From Pseudomonadota bacterium (GTDB lineage: Bacteria; Pseudomonadota; Alphaproteobacteria; Rhodobacterales; Rhodobacteraceae), in assembly GCA_039033255.1 (NCBI GenBank), contig JBCCCZ010000001.1, forward strand, positions 12,457 to 76,456: 64,000 nt of DNA. The letters are read 5' to 3'. Below are positions 20,052 to 29,666 of this stretch, piece after piece. The position numbers were made by a program, and so were the translations under genes. The notes below the pieces were generated by a model. The model made no database searches and was not told the origin of the DNA. It worked only from the letters and a program-made list of their open reading frames with translations. How positions within the stretch are numbered: position 1 is the first letter of the stretch; the number at the start of each line of letters is the position of its first letter.

Positions 20052-20852
20052 ATGAGTCGTGATTTGAAAACTGTGAGATCCTTGACCCAGACGGCATTCT
20101 CCCGCGCTTTTCGCGGTCTTTTCGTATTGTTTCTACTGATCGCGATCGCGGCCTGTTCCGCCCCACCGGCAGATCATCCGCCCGGGGAACCATGGGATCC
20201 CTATGAGAACACCAATCGCGGGTTCCATTCATTTAATAAAGGGCTTGATCGCGCGATCGTTCGGCCAGTCGCCTACACCTACAGCGGGATTGTCGGCGAT
20301 GAGGTGGAAGACTCCATCAGTCGGTTTTCAAACAATATTTCCATGCCGCGCGCCATCGTCAACAACGTGTTGCAAGGCAATATGAAGGGCGCCACTGAAG
20401 ACACATATCGGTTCGTGGTGAATTCCACGATTGGCCTTTTTGGGTTGTTTGACGTGGCAACGGACCTGAATATGCCCGCCGCGACAGACGCTGATTTTGG
20501 CGAAACTCTGGCTGTTTGGGGTGTTCGTGAAGGAGCCTACGTGGAACTGCCGGTCTTTGGCCCTTCGACGGAACGTGACACCGTGGGCATGGTGGTAGAC
20601 CTATTCCTCAACCCGCTGGATTATTGGATCCGTGATCCCGAAGAATACTACGTGTTCGGCACTGATGTCTCCGCGACACTGACAAGCCGGCAGCGTTTGG
20701 GCCGCACAATTGACGGCGTGCTTTACGACAGCGCGGACAGTTATGCGCAGGCAAGGTCACTTTATCTGCAAAATCGCAGGTTCGAGGTGGGCGACTCGGC
20801 CTCCGGGGTTTACCTTGATCCCTATGAAGATCCAAACCTCATACTTGAGTGA
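20052..20852 (+). CDS. mlaA: MlaA/VacJ lipoprotein
   Basis: Lipobox IAAC; DPYENTNR, RFVVNSTIGLFGLFDVA, DFGETL, GPSTERD. Confidence 0.9.
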   Translation: MSRDLKTVRSLTQTAFSRAFRGLFVLFLLIAIAACSAPPADHPPGEPWDPYENTNRGFHSFNKGLDRAIVRPVAYTYSGIVGDEVEDSISRFSNNISMPRAIVNNVLQGNMKGATEDTYRFVVNSTIGLFGLFDVATDLNMPAATDADFGETLAVWGVREGAYVELPVFGPSTERDTVGMVVDLFLNPLDYWIRDPEEYYVFGTDVSATLTSRQRLGRTIDGVLYDSADSYAQARSLYLQNRRFEVGDSASGVYLDPYEDPNLILE

Positions 20853-21472
20853 GCAACATGATGTTTGATGCATTTAATTCGAGCCGCCGTGGGTTTCTCG
20901 GCGGTGTTATCGGTCTTGGCGTGGTTGGTCTTACCCCGACCAAAGGGTGGTCACTGGATGAGGCGAGGTCCAGGGCGCTCGTTGACCGAGTGGTTAATGA
21001 AATCAACCGGGTCATCGCGTCAGGAAAATCAGAAGCGGCCATGATCCGCGATTTTGAGCGCATTTTCGGGCGCTATGCAGACGTGTCGATCATCGCACGG
21101 TCAGCGCTTGGCGCAGACAGCCGTCGCGCTTCAAACGCCCAGTTGCGGTCGTTCACGCAAGCGTTTCAGGGCTATGTGGCGCGCAAATATGGCAAACAAT
21201 TCCGTGATTTCATTGGCAGCCAGATTGAGGTGCAGGGCGTGCGCAGGGTGAAGACATGGCACGAGGTGGACGCGACCGTGCGCTTGAGCGGTCGGGCACC
21301 CTTCAAGGTGGCATTTCTAGTATCGGACCGATCCGGCAGAGACCTGTTTTTCGATCTGCTGATCGAAGGGGTCAGCATGCGCTTATCCGAACGCACGGAG
21401 ATCGGCTCAATGCTGGATGCAAATAACGGCGATATCGACAGACTGATCAGTGCGGTGCAGCGGGCCGGTTAA
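20849..21472 (+). CDS. mlaC: MlaC/Ttg2D phospholipid-binding protein
   Basis: Tat-like SRRGFL leader; DLLIEGVSM C-terminal motif; overlaps mlaA. Confidence 0.8.
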   Translation: MSNMMFDAFNSSRRGFLGGVIGLGVVGLTPTKGWSLDEARSRALVDRVVNEINRVIASGKSEAAMIRDFERIFGRYADVSIIARSALGADSRRASNAQLRSFTQAFQGYVARKYGKQFRDFIGSQIEVQGVRRVKTWHEVDATVRLSGRAPFKVAFLVSDRSGRDLFFDLLIEGVSMRLSERTEIGSMLDANNGDIDRLISAVQRAG

Positions 21473-21504
21473 CGGCCATGCCGCAGACATCCGCGCCCGG
21501 TCAC

Positions 21505-21831
21505 CTAGACAGTGCGTTGTCGCTCTAACTCATTTCGCAAAACTTCTGCTTCATGGCGGGCCTCACGAAGGCCGTCCATGGTAGCGGACAATTCGGCTTC
21601 GGTTTGATTGAGCTGATTTGTCAGCTCTGCCTCGCGCTGTTGAAGGTATGTGATCGCCTGATCGCGGGTTTCTTCGGCCTCATGAAGTTCCTGCGCGAGG
21701 CGCTCCAACTCGCCCACATCGGACCCTGATACGCGAATGAACCGATGAACCAGCCAGTTGGCAAACCACCCCAGGCAGAAGGCCACGAAAAGGATCACGG
21801 CCGTAGCGATTATAAATTCAGTTCTGTTCAT
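21505..21831 (-). CDS. hypothetical membrane-anchored coiled-coil protein
   Basis: N-terminal TM (FIIATAVILFVAFCLGWFA) then a heptad-rich region; overlaps the end of the OmpA gene. Confidence 0.75.
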   Translation of the reverse strand: MNRTEFIIATAVILFVAFCLGWFANWLVHRFIRVSGSDVGELERLAQELHEAEETRDQAITYLQQREAELTNQLNQTEAELSATMDGLREARHEAEVLRNELERQRTV

Positions 21832-23749
21832 CCGCGTTCTCGCTTGCCCCATCTGCAGAGGCGTTTTCTGCCTCTTCTGCTGCAGTTTCAAGCTCTGATT
21901 GCGGTGATCTGGTATCGACCGACGTTTCCCCTGTCGTTTGGCCATCATGCAGAATGATGAACTCGATCCGGCGGTTGGCTTCGCGGCCCTCTTCGGTGTC
22001 GTTTTCGGCGATGGGCTCGCTTTCGCCGTAGCCCACCGCAGTGATAGATCCGGTCAGAACGCGGCGCAGGCGCAGTTCATTCAAAACGGTCTGGGCACGG
22101 GATTGGCTGAGCTGTTGGTTCATGGATTCGCGGCCTTGGCTGTCGGTGTGGCCGGCGATTTCCATGTTGAGCGCGCCGCAGTCGCGCAGCACCTCAGCGA
22201 TGTCATCCATGATCTGTTTGCCGGTCACATCCAGCCGCGCAGAGCCCGGTTCGAACTGGATCTTGCGCGCGTCCTTGATGGCATTGATGTCGGCCTCGCA
22301 TTCCTGCGGCGTGGGGATAGACGCCACGGGGTCAAGCTCTTCTTCGTAGCGGACATTGATGTCGTAGACGGCCCCCTCGCCCAATTTGCCGGACAGAAGC
22401 GAGGAAATCGTGGTGCTGGCGTCGGCCTCCCCCGTAGCGCCGCGCACGGTCAGCATGTCGGGTGTCACCGACACGATCCCGTTCGACAAATGCGACAGAG
22501 CATCAATCCCGGTGATCACGCGAAAGGTCCAACCATCGGGCACGGCATCATCGACGCGGGCGCGCATGTCGACACCGCCCGACGAAAACCGCGCCATGGC
22601 AAAGCTGTCCACCATGGTGCGGTCCGTCTCCGTGGCCACGCGGCCGCTGAGTTGCAAAAGACCCTCAGGGGAAAGGGTCGCCGTGAATTCCAACTCTTCC
22701 GCTTGACCGCCCTCTGACGCAGCAGGCCGTTCGGCTTTGAGGGAAAACAGCTCTGGCAGATTGTTTTCCAAAGCACCGATCACATCGTCAAACCGGGCCT
22801 GGGTCACGTCACCTCCTGCCCGGATCGAGATATCAGCATCCGTAAAGGTGACACTGCCCTGGCCCAGCTCTGCCAGTGCGGCGATGGATTGGATCACCGC
22901 CTCTGACCAGCGGGGGGTCGGCACGCCAAGACCCACAAGGCAACTGGCTTCACCGGACATACCGGCCCTGCGGGCCGCCGACAGTATGCGGTTTCGGGCA
23001 AATTCCGTGTCGGCCGAACAGGCATCAAAATGCGGGCCGTCCTCATCAATAGTGAAGCGCAGCGTGTAGGGTGTGATCACAGGGCGCGGCGCGGCGATGT
23101 CCAACGACAGCGACACGCTGCTTGGTGCGAGGCGTTCCAACTGCTGTTCGATTGAATTCTTTTCGTCCTGGGATCCGGTGATTGCTTTCACGGCGATCCG
23201 ATCAGCCCGAAGTGAGATTTTCGTGCGATCCAGCACGCCCAGCGCGCGTACGGCGTAGGTGATCGTATCATCCCAGCTTTCGGGCGCGGGGTAATCCGCG
23301 GTTTCTAGAAAGTCGGACACATCTTCATCACGGCTGACATTCTGAATCCGATCCATGAAGGCGGGGCGGTCCATGCTAGCAGGCACCAAACCGATAAGAG
23401 AAATGCCGCTGTCATTGCGCAGGATTTCCATGGAAAATCGCGGCGTTTCGATGGTTTCGCTTTTTTACACCAGCATTTGGTCGATGACGCGCGTGGCCTC
23501 CACCACCGATCCTGCAACGGACATGGCGCGGAACCGCGCGGCCTCTGAGGGTGCTGTGCCGGACAAATAGACCTGCAGTCCGTCAGTGTTGACCTCCGAC
23601 CAGACGAGACCCGTGTCATCGAGCGCGTTGAGAACGGCCGATTTCGACGTGCCTTCAATCACCGCAACAGCAAAGCGCGCGCTGACCAGACAGAGCAGAG
23701 CCGCAGCCACAAAGACGCCAACGATGGCCAGAAGAGATGATAGACGCAT
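21818..23749 (-). pseudogene. OmpA-family (BON-like + OmpA C-terminal) protein interrupted by one in-frame TAA at 23465-23467
   Basis: N-terminal ORF (23749-23465) and C-terminal ORF (23431-21818) share a frame: ...ATG CTG GTG TAA AAA AGC GAA ACC ATC GAA ACG CCG CGA TTT TCC ATG GAA...; C-terminus has GHTDSQG, LSQSRA, NRRIEF. Confidence 0.75.
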
Positions 23750-23812
23750 GCGCCATCCACGTGAGTCATTTTCCGCAACAGTCGTTGTATGGCTCACGGC
23801 GAGAGAGTGCAA

Positions 23813-24793
23813 TCAAAGGTACAGGGCTGCGGCGAAAAATGGCAAAGGCAAGAGGCCAGCATCCCGATTGGACCGGAATAGCATGATGAGCCGCGCGTTG
23901 TCATCGGGATCATACTGGGACAGTTGCCATTGCAGGTGCCAGCCAAACGCCCAGGTGCCACAAAGCGCCAACAGGACGCCGTAAGGTGAGGCACTCACCG
24001 CTGCACCCAGCACGGCGAGTATGACAGCAAACCCTTGTAGTGACACAGCGATCACGAGAAAGCGGCGCAGCCAGGTGGGGATCATGGTTCCGAATAATCG
24101 GGCAGTGGATTTAACACCGATCAGCGCGTCATCCTCAGCATCCTGTTGCGCATAGATCGTGTCATAAAACAGCGTCCAGGCGATGCCGGACAGGTAAAGC
24201 ATGATCGCCGGCCACTCAAGCGAGCCGGTATGGGCGGTCCAGGCCAGCATTGCGCCCCAGTTGAAGGCAATGCCCAGAAACACCTGTGGCCACCATGTGA
24301 AGCGTTTGGCGAAGGGGTATATGCATACAGGCAAGAGCGACAGGATGCCCAGCATGATGGCGGCGGTATTGAACGTGAGCAGGATGGCGAAAGCCATGAG
24401 GGCCTGGGCCACAAGCCAGATCAGCGCGCCTTTGACCGTGACCTGGCCCGATGGGATCGGGCGGGAAGCCGTGCGAGAGACGGATCCGTCGATGTGACGG
24501 TCGGTGATGTCATTCCACGTGCAACCCGCCCCACGCATCAGAAACGCCCCTATCGCGCATCCGGTAAAAATCCAGAGGTCGTACAAGACCATTCGACCGT
24601 CATGGACAATGGCAAGCGCCAGCCCCCACCAGCAAGGCAAGAGCAGGAGCCATGTCCCAATCGGCCGATCCGCACGAGAGAGGCGAAGATAGGGTCGTGT
24701 GCCAACTGGGGCATAGCGATCGACCCAATTGCCTTTCACAGCGTCCGAAACGGAACCGTCCTGTGGCTCTGGTGTCTGATTTGTGACGGACAT
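23813..24793 (-). CDS. ubiA: 4-hydroxybenzoate octaprenyltransferase
   Basis: RADRPIGTWLLLLP, NDITDRHID..RTASRPIPSG, YDTIYAQQD. Confidence 0.95.
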   Translation of the reverse strand: MSVTNQTPEPQDGSVSDAVKGNWVDRYAPVGTRPYLRLSRADRPIGTWLLLLPCWWGLALAIVHDGRMVLYDLWIFTGCAIGAFLMRGAGCTWNDITDRHIDGSVSRTASRPIPSGQVTVKGALIWLVAQALMAFAILLTFNTAAIMLGILSLLPVCIYPFAKRFTWWPQVFLGIAFNWGAMLAWTAHTGSLEWPAIMLYLSGIAWTLFYDTIYAQQDAEDDALIGVKSTARLFGTMIPTWLRRFLVIAVSLQGFAVILAVLGAAVSASPYGVLLALCGTWAFGWHLQWQLSQYDPDDNARLIMLFRSNRDAGLLPLPFFAAALYL

Positions 24794-24806
24794 ATATCTA
24801 GGCCCC

Positions 24807-25544
24807 ATGAATTACCCGCGTGTCAGATTGTATGTAGAGCAGGCTTTGGGGGAAGGGCAAACTATCCCGCTTAGCCGAGACCAAGCCCACTATCTTTTTG
24901 GGGTGATGCGGCTGAATTTGCAAGATAGTGTGCTGGTCTTTGACGGCTGCAACGGGGAATGGCGGGCGGACATTTTGGAGGTGGGCAAACGCCGCGGACT
25001 GTTGGCGGTGGTGGAGAAGACCGGGCCACAGCAGGACCCGCCCGACCTGTGGCTGATATTTGCACCGATCAAGAAGGCGCGGACGGATTTTATCGTGGAG
25101 AAGGCCGCCGAGATGGGCGCGGCGAGGATTATGCCGGTACAGACGGAGTTCACCAATTCCGAACGCATCCGTCGGGACCGGTTGCAGGCGCATGCGGTGG
25201 AGGCGGCAGAGCAATGTGGTGGAACTTTTGTGCCTGAAGTGATGGGGCTGCAAAAGCTGGATGCGGTTTTGGACAATTGGCCGGAGGGCCGAAACCTGAT
25301 GTTTTGTGATGAGGCCTTGGCAGGCCGCTCGTCCGGCCTGACGGCCAGTCTCGCTGGGCGAGGAAACGCAAAATGGGCGATCCTTATCGGGCCGGAAGGT
25401 GGGTTTGCAGAACGGGAGCGGGGGCGCCTCGCTGCGCTCGGTGCGGCCCATGCCGTCAGCCTGGGCCCGCGCATTCTGCGCGCGGATACAGCCGTTGTCG
25501 CGGCGATGACGGTTTGGCAACAGGCCTATGGGGATTGGACGTGA
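24807..25544 (+). CDS. rsmE: 16S rRNA m3U1498 methyltransferase
   Basis: HYLFGVMRL, EAAEQC, IGPEGGF, LGPRILRADTA. Confidence 0.95.
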   Translation: MNYPRVRLYVEQALGEGQTIPLSRDQAHYLFGVMRLNLQDSVLVFDGCNGEWRADILEVGKRRGLLAVVEKTGPQQDPPDLWLIFAPIKKARTDFIVEKAAEMGAARIMPVQTEFTNSERIRRDRLQAHAVEAAEQCGGTFVPEVMGLQKLDAVLDNWPEGRNLMFCDEALAGRSSGLTASLAGRGNAKWAILIGPEGGFAERERGRLAALGAAHAVSLGPRILRADTAVVAAMTVWQQAYGDWT

Positions 25545-26071
25545 GTTTCATCCGGCCCGAGGCACGAGCCGCGTTGTGGCGGTGGCGGGAGGCGCTTGTT
25601 GGCGCGAGCGGGTTTGCCTTTGGTTTGTGGTGGTTTTTCAGTGGGGGATCGCTGACGCGATGGGTCGGGGTGGCGGTGGCGCTCGCTTCGCTCGCGCTTT
25701 TGATGGCCGGCGTGCAGCGAGGTCGCTTCCGCGTTCGAGCCGGAGGCCTTGGCGTGGTGCGTGCCGATGAAGGACAGGTTGCGTATTTTGGCCCGTTGAC
25801 GGGTGGCGTTGTGGCGCTGAGTGAGATGAGCCAGCTGCGCTATGACGCGACGGGTAGGCCCGAACACTGGGTGTTGGCACAGCCGGGTCAGCCGGATTTG
25901 TTCATTCCTGTGAACGCGGAAGGGGCCGATGCGTTGTTTGACATCTTCGTGCGGCTGCCGGGATTGAAGACGGAGCGATTGCTCAGCGTGATGCGCAAGA
26001 CCGCGCAGACACAAACCGTTTTGTGGCAGCGCGACCGTGGGGCCGCGTTGCCTGGTCAGACCAATCCTTAG
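25541..26071 (+). CDS. hypothetical membrane protein
   Basis: GTG start overlapping the rsmE stop (GTGA); two N-terminal TM helices; DEGQVAYFGP. Confidence 0.7.
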   Translation: MSFIRPEARAALWRWREALVGASGFAFGLWWFFSGGSLTRWVGVAVALASLALLMAGVQRGRFRVRAGGLGVVRADEGQVAYFGPLTGGVVALSEMSQLRYDATGRPEHWVLAQPGQPDLFIPVNAEGADALFDIFVRLPGLKTERLLSVMRKTAQTQTVLWQRDRGAALPGQTNP

Positions 26072-26271
26072 CGCATGCGCGGGCCGCCCAGTTTCGGGCT
26101 GCGGGCCAATGCCTCTTCGGGGATATCGGACAGGGATTTCCTGCGCTTCGGCTTCCAGGGGTCGGGGCCACCCCGAGCGGATGCAGCTGTGGCCAAAAGA
26201 ACGGGTGCCACGGTGAGGCCGAAGGCGGTGGTGAATGCAGCGCGGCGGCTTATTTTTTGTTGGTTGGTCAT
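26068..26271 (-). CDS. small putative Tat-exported peptide
   Basis: Strong AGGAGG SD; SRRAAF twin-arginine motif, hydrophobic h-region and ASA cleavage site; basic mature part. Confidence 0.6.
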   Translation of the reverse strand: MTNQQKISRRAAFTTAFGLTVAPVLLATAASARGGPDPWKPKRRKSLSDIPEEALARSPKLGGPRMR

Positions 26272-26471
26272 GGTCGCCTCCTATCATTGGCGTGGGACAT
26301 GATTTAAAAATAGGTGGCAAAACACGCCTTTGAATTCAGCTTTTCACACGTTCGCGCGATGAGGTCGTGACAGGATTGCGCGCCTAGGGCGGCATGGGCT
26401 GCATTGACACTGCCGGGCTTTGGCGCAATCACTTCGAAAGTAGGCGCGCCTCGCGAAAGGAACCCACGTCC

Positions 26472-27842
26472 ATGTCCATCCCTCAATCCGGCGGCGGCCC
26501 CATTTCTTCGCGCGATCAGCTGGCGGAGTATCTGGAGAGCGGATGCAAACCCAAGGATGATTGGCGGATCGGGACGGAGCATGAGAAATTTGGCTATTGC
26601 AAAGATACGCTGAAGCCCCTGCCCTACGACGGAGAGCGGTCGATCAAGGCTCTGCTGGAGGGGCTGCGAGATGGGCAGGGTTGGGCGCCGCTGGAAGAAG
26701 CGGGCAATCTGATCGGGTTGGAGAAGGACGGGGCGAATGTGAGCCTGGAGCCCGGTGGGCAATTCGAGCTGTCGGGCGCGCCGCTGGAGACGATTCACGA
26801 GACCTGCGACGAAGTGAACGCGCATCTGGCGGATGTGAAGGCAATCTCTGACAAGGTGGGTGTGGGGTTCATCGGGCTGGGGGCGGCACCCGAATGGACG
26901 CATGATCAGATGCCGATGATGCCCAAGGGGCGTTACAAGTTGATGACGGATTACATGGACCGGGTCGGCACCATGGGCAAATCCATGATGTATCGGACCT
27001 GTACTGTGCAGGTAAACCTCGATTTTTCATCCGAGGCGGACATGGTCAAGAAGCTGCGCGTGGCGATTGCGTTGCAGCCTGTGGCGACCGCGCTTTTCGC
27101 AAATTCGCCGTTTTTCGAGGGCAAGCCTAACGGGCATAAGAGCTGGCGCAGCCGGGTCTGGCGAGATCTGGACGCGGACCGGACGGGGATGTTGCCGTTC
27201 GTGTTCGAAGGCGGGTTCGGATTTGAGCAATGGGTCGATTACGCGCTCGATGTGCCCATGTATTTTGTCTATCGCAACGGAGAATATATCAACGCTCTGG
27301 GGCAGTCATTCCGGGACTTTTTGAGAGGCGCGTTGCCCGCCCTGCCGGGGGAGACGCCGACGCTTTCGGATTGGGCCGATCACCTGACGACGATTTTCCC
27401 CGAGGCGCGGATCAAGAAATTCATGGAGATGCGCGGCGCAGATGGTGGGCCGTGGCGGCGGTTATGTGCGTTGCCTGCCTTCTGGGTGGGGCTGATGTAT
27501 GATCAGGGCGCGCTGGATGCAGCTTGGGATTTGGCCAAAGGCTGGGATGCCGAGACCCGCGAGGCGTTGCGCGTTGGGGCCAGTGAGGCGGCGCTCGATG
27601 CGCGTGTGGGTGACATCCACATGCATGATCTGGCGCGAGAGGTTTTGGCGATTTCCGAGGCTGGGCTGAAGGCAAGGGCGCGTCCGGGTGCGGGTGGGCT
27701 TATCCCGGATGAGACGCATTTTTTGAATGCCTTGATGGAGAGCGTGGAGAGCGGGCAGGTTCCGGCGGATGAATTGCTGGAGAAGTATCATGGAGAGTGG
27801 GGCGGAGATCTGAGCCGGATTTATGGGCAATTTAGTTATTGA
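26472..27842 (+). CDS. gshA: glutamate--cysteine ligase
   Basis: IGTEHEKF, SLEPGGQFELSGAP, MPKGRY, TCTVQVNLD, EMRGADGGP. Confidence 0.95.
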   Translation: MSIPQSGGGPISSRDQLAEYLESGCKPKDDWRIGTEHEKFGYCKDTLKPLPYDGERSIKALLEGLRDGQGWAPLEEAGNLIGLEKDGANVSLEPGGQFELSGAPLETIHETCDEVNAHLADVKAISDKVGVGFIGLGAAPEWTHDQMPMMPKGRYKLMTDYMDRVGTMGKSMMYRTCTVQVNLDFSSEADMVKKLRVAIALQPVATALFANSPFFEGKPNGHKSWRSRVWRDLDADRTGMLPFVFEGGFGFEQWVDYALDVPMYFVYRNGEYINALGQSFRDFLRGALPALPGETPTLSDWADHLTTIFPEARIKKFMEMRGADGGPWRRLCALPAFWVGLMYDQGALDAAWDLAKGWDAETREALRVGASEAALDARVGDIHMHDLAREVLAISEAGLKARARPGAGGLIPDETHFLNALMESVESGQVPADELLEKYHGEWGGDLSRIYGQFSY

Positions 27843-28127
27843 GAGGGGACCATCCGAGTTTTAGGACACGGTCTTTTCCGCTTTGAGCCCATAGTGCTTG
27901 ATGCTGCACTTGACACAAAAGACTGCTTTGCTCGAACTGGTTTTTATCAATCGTTTTGGTCTTGTCGCTCCGACGCATTTTCGTCCTGCGTCCTAAGTGT
28001 TGCTGTAAGGACATGTTGCGAGCCCTCCGAAATGATGTCTATTTGAATTCGAAATCACGGAAGTTAACTTGCTGTTGAGCCAGCACCGTCGTGCAAGCCA
28101 CGTCATTTTCGGTGTGAATGATTTGCG

Positions 28128-28622
28128 ATGACAGCTAGGCCGTACAGTCTTTCATTAAAGACCTATGTCGACGAGCGTGAAAAACTCATAGCGATCGCAT
28201 GTCGTATCGTCGATGACCATGCCGCTGCCGAAGATCTCGTGCAGGAAAGTTGGTTGCGTTGGCAGCAAAAGGATTATCCTGACGAAAAGGCGCTTGCCGC
28301 ATTCAAACGCATCGTCATCAATCTTGCGAAGGACTTGTATCGCAGGCGTCAGACCGAAAAAAGGGTGTTCGGAGACGCCATTTGGCAGAGCAGCGCAGTG
28401 CCTGACAGTGAGTTGATTTTGCTGGCCAGGCAAGACTTGCGGCTTGCCGTTTCGGCGCTCAGAGAATTGCCGCCCCGCTCGGTTAAAGCTTTCAAAATGC
28501 ACTGTGCGGATGGATTGAATTGTGCCGAGATCGGCAGGCGTTTGGGTCTGTCGCGGTCAAGAGCCCATGAGTTGGTTGAGAATGCGATGGTGCATGTGAT
28601 GCTGGGAATGCGCCGCGTTTAA
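28128..28622 (+). CDS. ECF sigma factor (FecI-like)
   Basis: AEDLVQESWLR region 2; LPPRSVKAF...EIGRRLGLS region 4; upstream of fecR. Confidence 0.9.
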   Translation: MTARPYSLSLKTYVDEREKLIAIACRIVDDHAAAEDLVQESWLRWQQKDYPDEKALAAFKRIVINLAKDLYRRRQTEKRVFGDAIWQSSAVPDSELILLARQDLRLAVSALRELPPRSVKAFKMHCADGLNCAEIGRRLGLSRSRAHELVENAMVHVMLGMRRV

Positions 28623-28625
28623 CTT

Positions 28626-28658
28626 CCGGACATGGCATCAGTTCAGTCGTCTATACAG
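28626..28658 (+). promoter_or_regulatory. putative ECF-sigma promoter (copy 1, before fecR)
   Basis: CCGGACAT-N9-TCAGTCGTC-N2-TACAG (GGAC-N16-CGTC); near-identical copy at 29598. Confidence 0.65.
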
Positions 28659-28692
28659 TAGAGAGCCATAATTCACGTGCTGCGTAGACGCG

Positions 28693-29586
28693 ATGCCAAA
28701 TCCGAATGAAAAAGACCTGTTCCGAGAAGCCGCTAGGATTCTGATCCGGCTGAATGAGAGACCGGATGACCCTCAAGCTGTTGCGGATCGCGATGCGTTC
28801 CTTGCGCAAGGACAGGCGCAGAAAGACGCGTTCGAACAGGCGTGGAGAGCTTTCAAGGTGGGCGCACATAAACCTGCCACGAAACTGCCAATGATAATCG
28901 GCTTTCTGGTTGCAACGGCCATTGGCGGGTATTTGGCCTACAATCCAGTGCGGATTGCCCTGCTTGCCGATTTCACATCGGACGCCCGATCTATTGAGGT
29001 GGCTCTCGCATCAGGTGATGTGGCATATCTGGACGCATCAACCGCCATTCAGGATGACACGCAAGAAGAAACGCGGCGGGTCCGGTTGCTGAGTGGTGCA
29101 AGCTTTTTCGACGTTGATACTACCGGCCAAAGTTTTGTCGTGGAAGCCGGGCCCGTTGCCGCTGAGGCGCTCGGCACGGCGTTCGAAGTCACCCGGTTTG
29201 ATAACTCTATATTGGTCGCCGTTGCCGAAGGTCGCGTGGAAGTGCGCGTTGCAGATCAAGAATGGATCCTTTTGGAGGGCGAGCGCTTAACTTGGTCAGA
29301 ACATGTAGGAACGCAAGTGGATGATATCCCTGTGACCGACGTGGCCACCTGGCGTGAGGAAAGGTTCGTCACAGATGGTATGACGTTTGGCGAAGTCGTT
29401 GAGGTGCTAGACCGGCGCATTCCCGGTCGTGTTGTCGTCATGGGAGATGACTTGCGCTCCGATCGCATGACCGGCGCGCTCGATCTGAACGATCCAAAGA
29501 ACGCCCTGGATGTGCTGGCCGGGGCAAGAAGCGCGACGCTTTATTCCATACCATCCGTTCTCACCGTCATCCGTCCGAAAAAATAG
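28693..29586 (+). CDS. FecR-family anti-sigma/sensor
   Basis: EAARILIRL N-terminal domain, single TM, LASGDVAYLDAST, ALGTAFEV, ATWRE. Confidence 0.9.
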   Translation: MPNPNEKDLFREAARILIRLNERPDDPQAVADRDAFLAQGQAQKDAFEQAWRAFKVGAHKPATKLPMIIGFLVATAIGGYLAYNPVRIALLADFTSDARSIEVALASGDVAYLDASTAIQDDTQEETRRVRLLSGASFFDVDTTGQSFVVEAGPVAAEALGTAFEVTRFDNSILVAVAEGRVEVRVADQEWILLEGERLTWSEHVGTQVDDIPVTDVATWREERFVTDGMTFGEVVEVLDRRIPGRVVVMGDDLRSDRMTGALDLNDPKNALDVLAGARSATLYSIPSVLTVIRPKK

Positions 29587-29597
29587 TCGGATAATTC

Positions 29598-29630
29598 CCG
29601 GACATCGGCTTGGGTCACTCGTCATTACAG
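29598..29630 (+). promoter_or_regulatory. putative ECF-sigma promoter (copy 2, before the TonB receptor)
   Basis: CCGGACAT-N9-TCACTCGTC-N2-TACAG. Confidence 0.65.
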
Positions 29631-29666
29631 GTGAAAGCCTTTGAGGCTTTGCGGTGAAAGCAAGGG

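Noticed and set aside
27843-28127. Fur/Irr box upstream of the ECF sigma gene
   Set aside because: AT-rich, but no convincing match to a consensus palindrome
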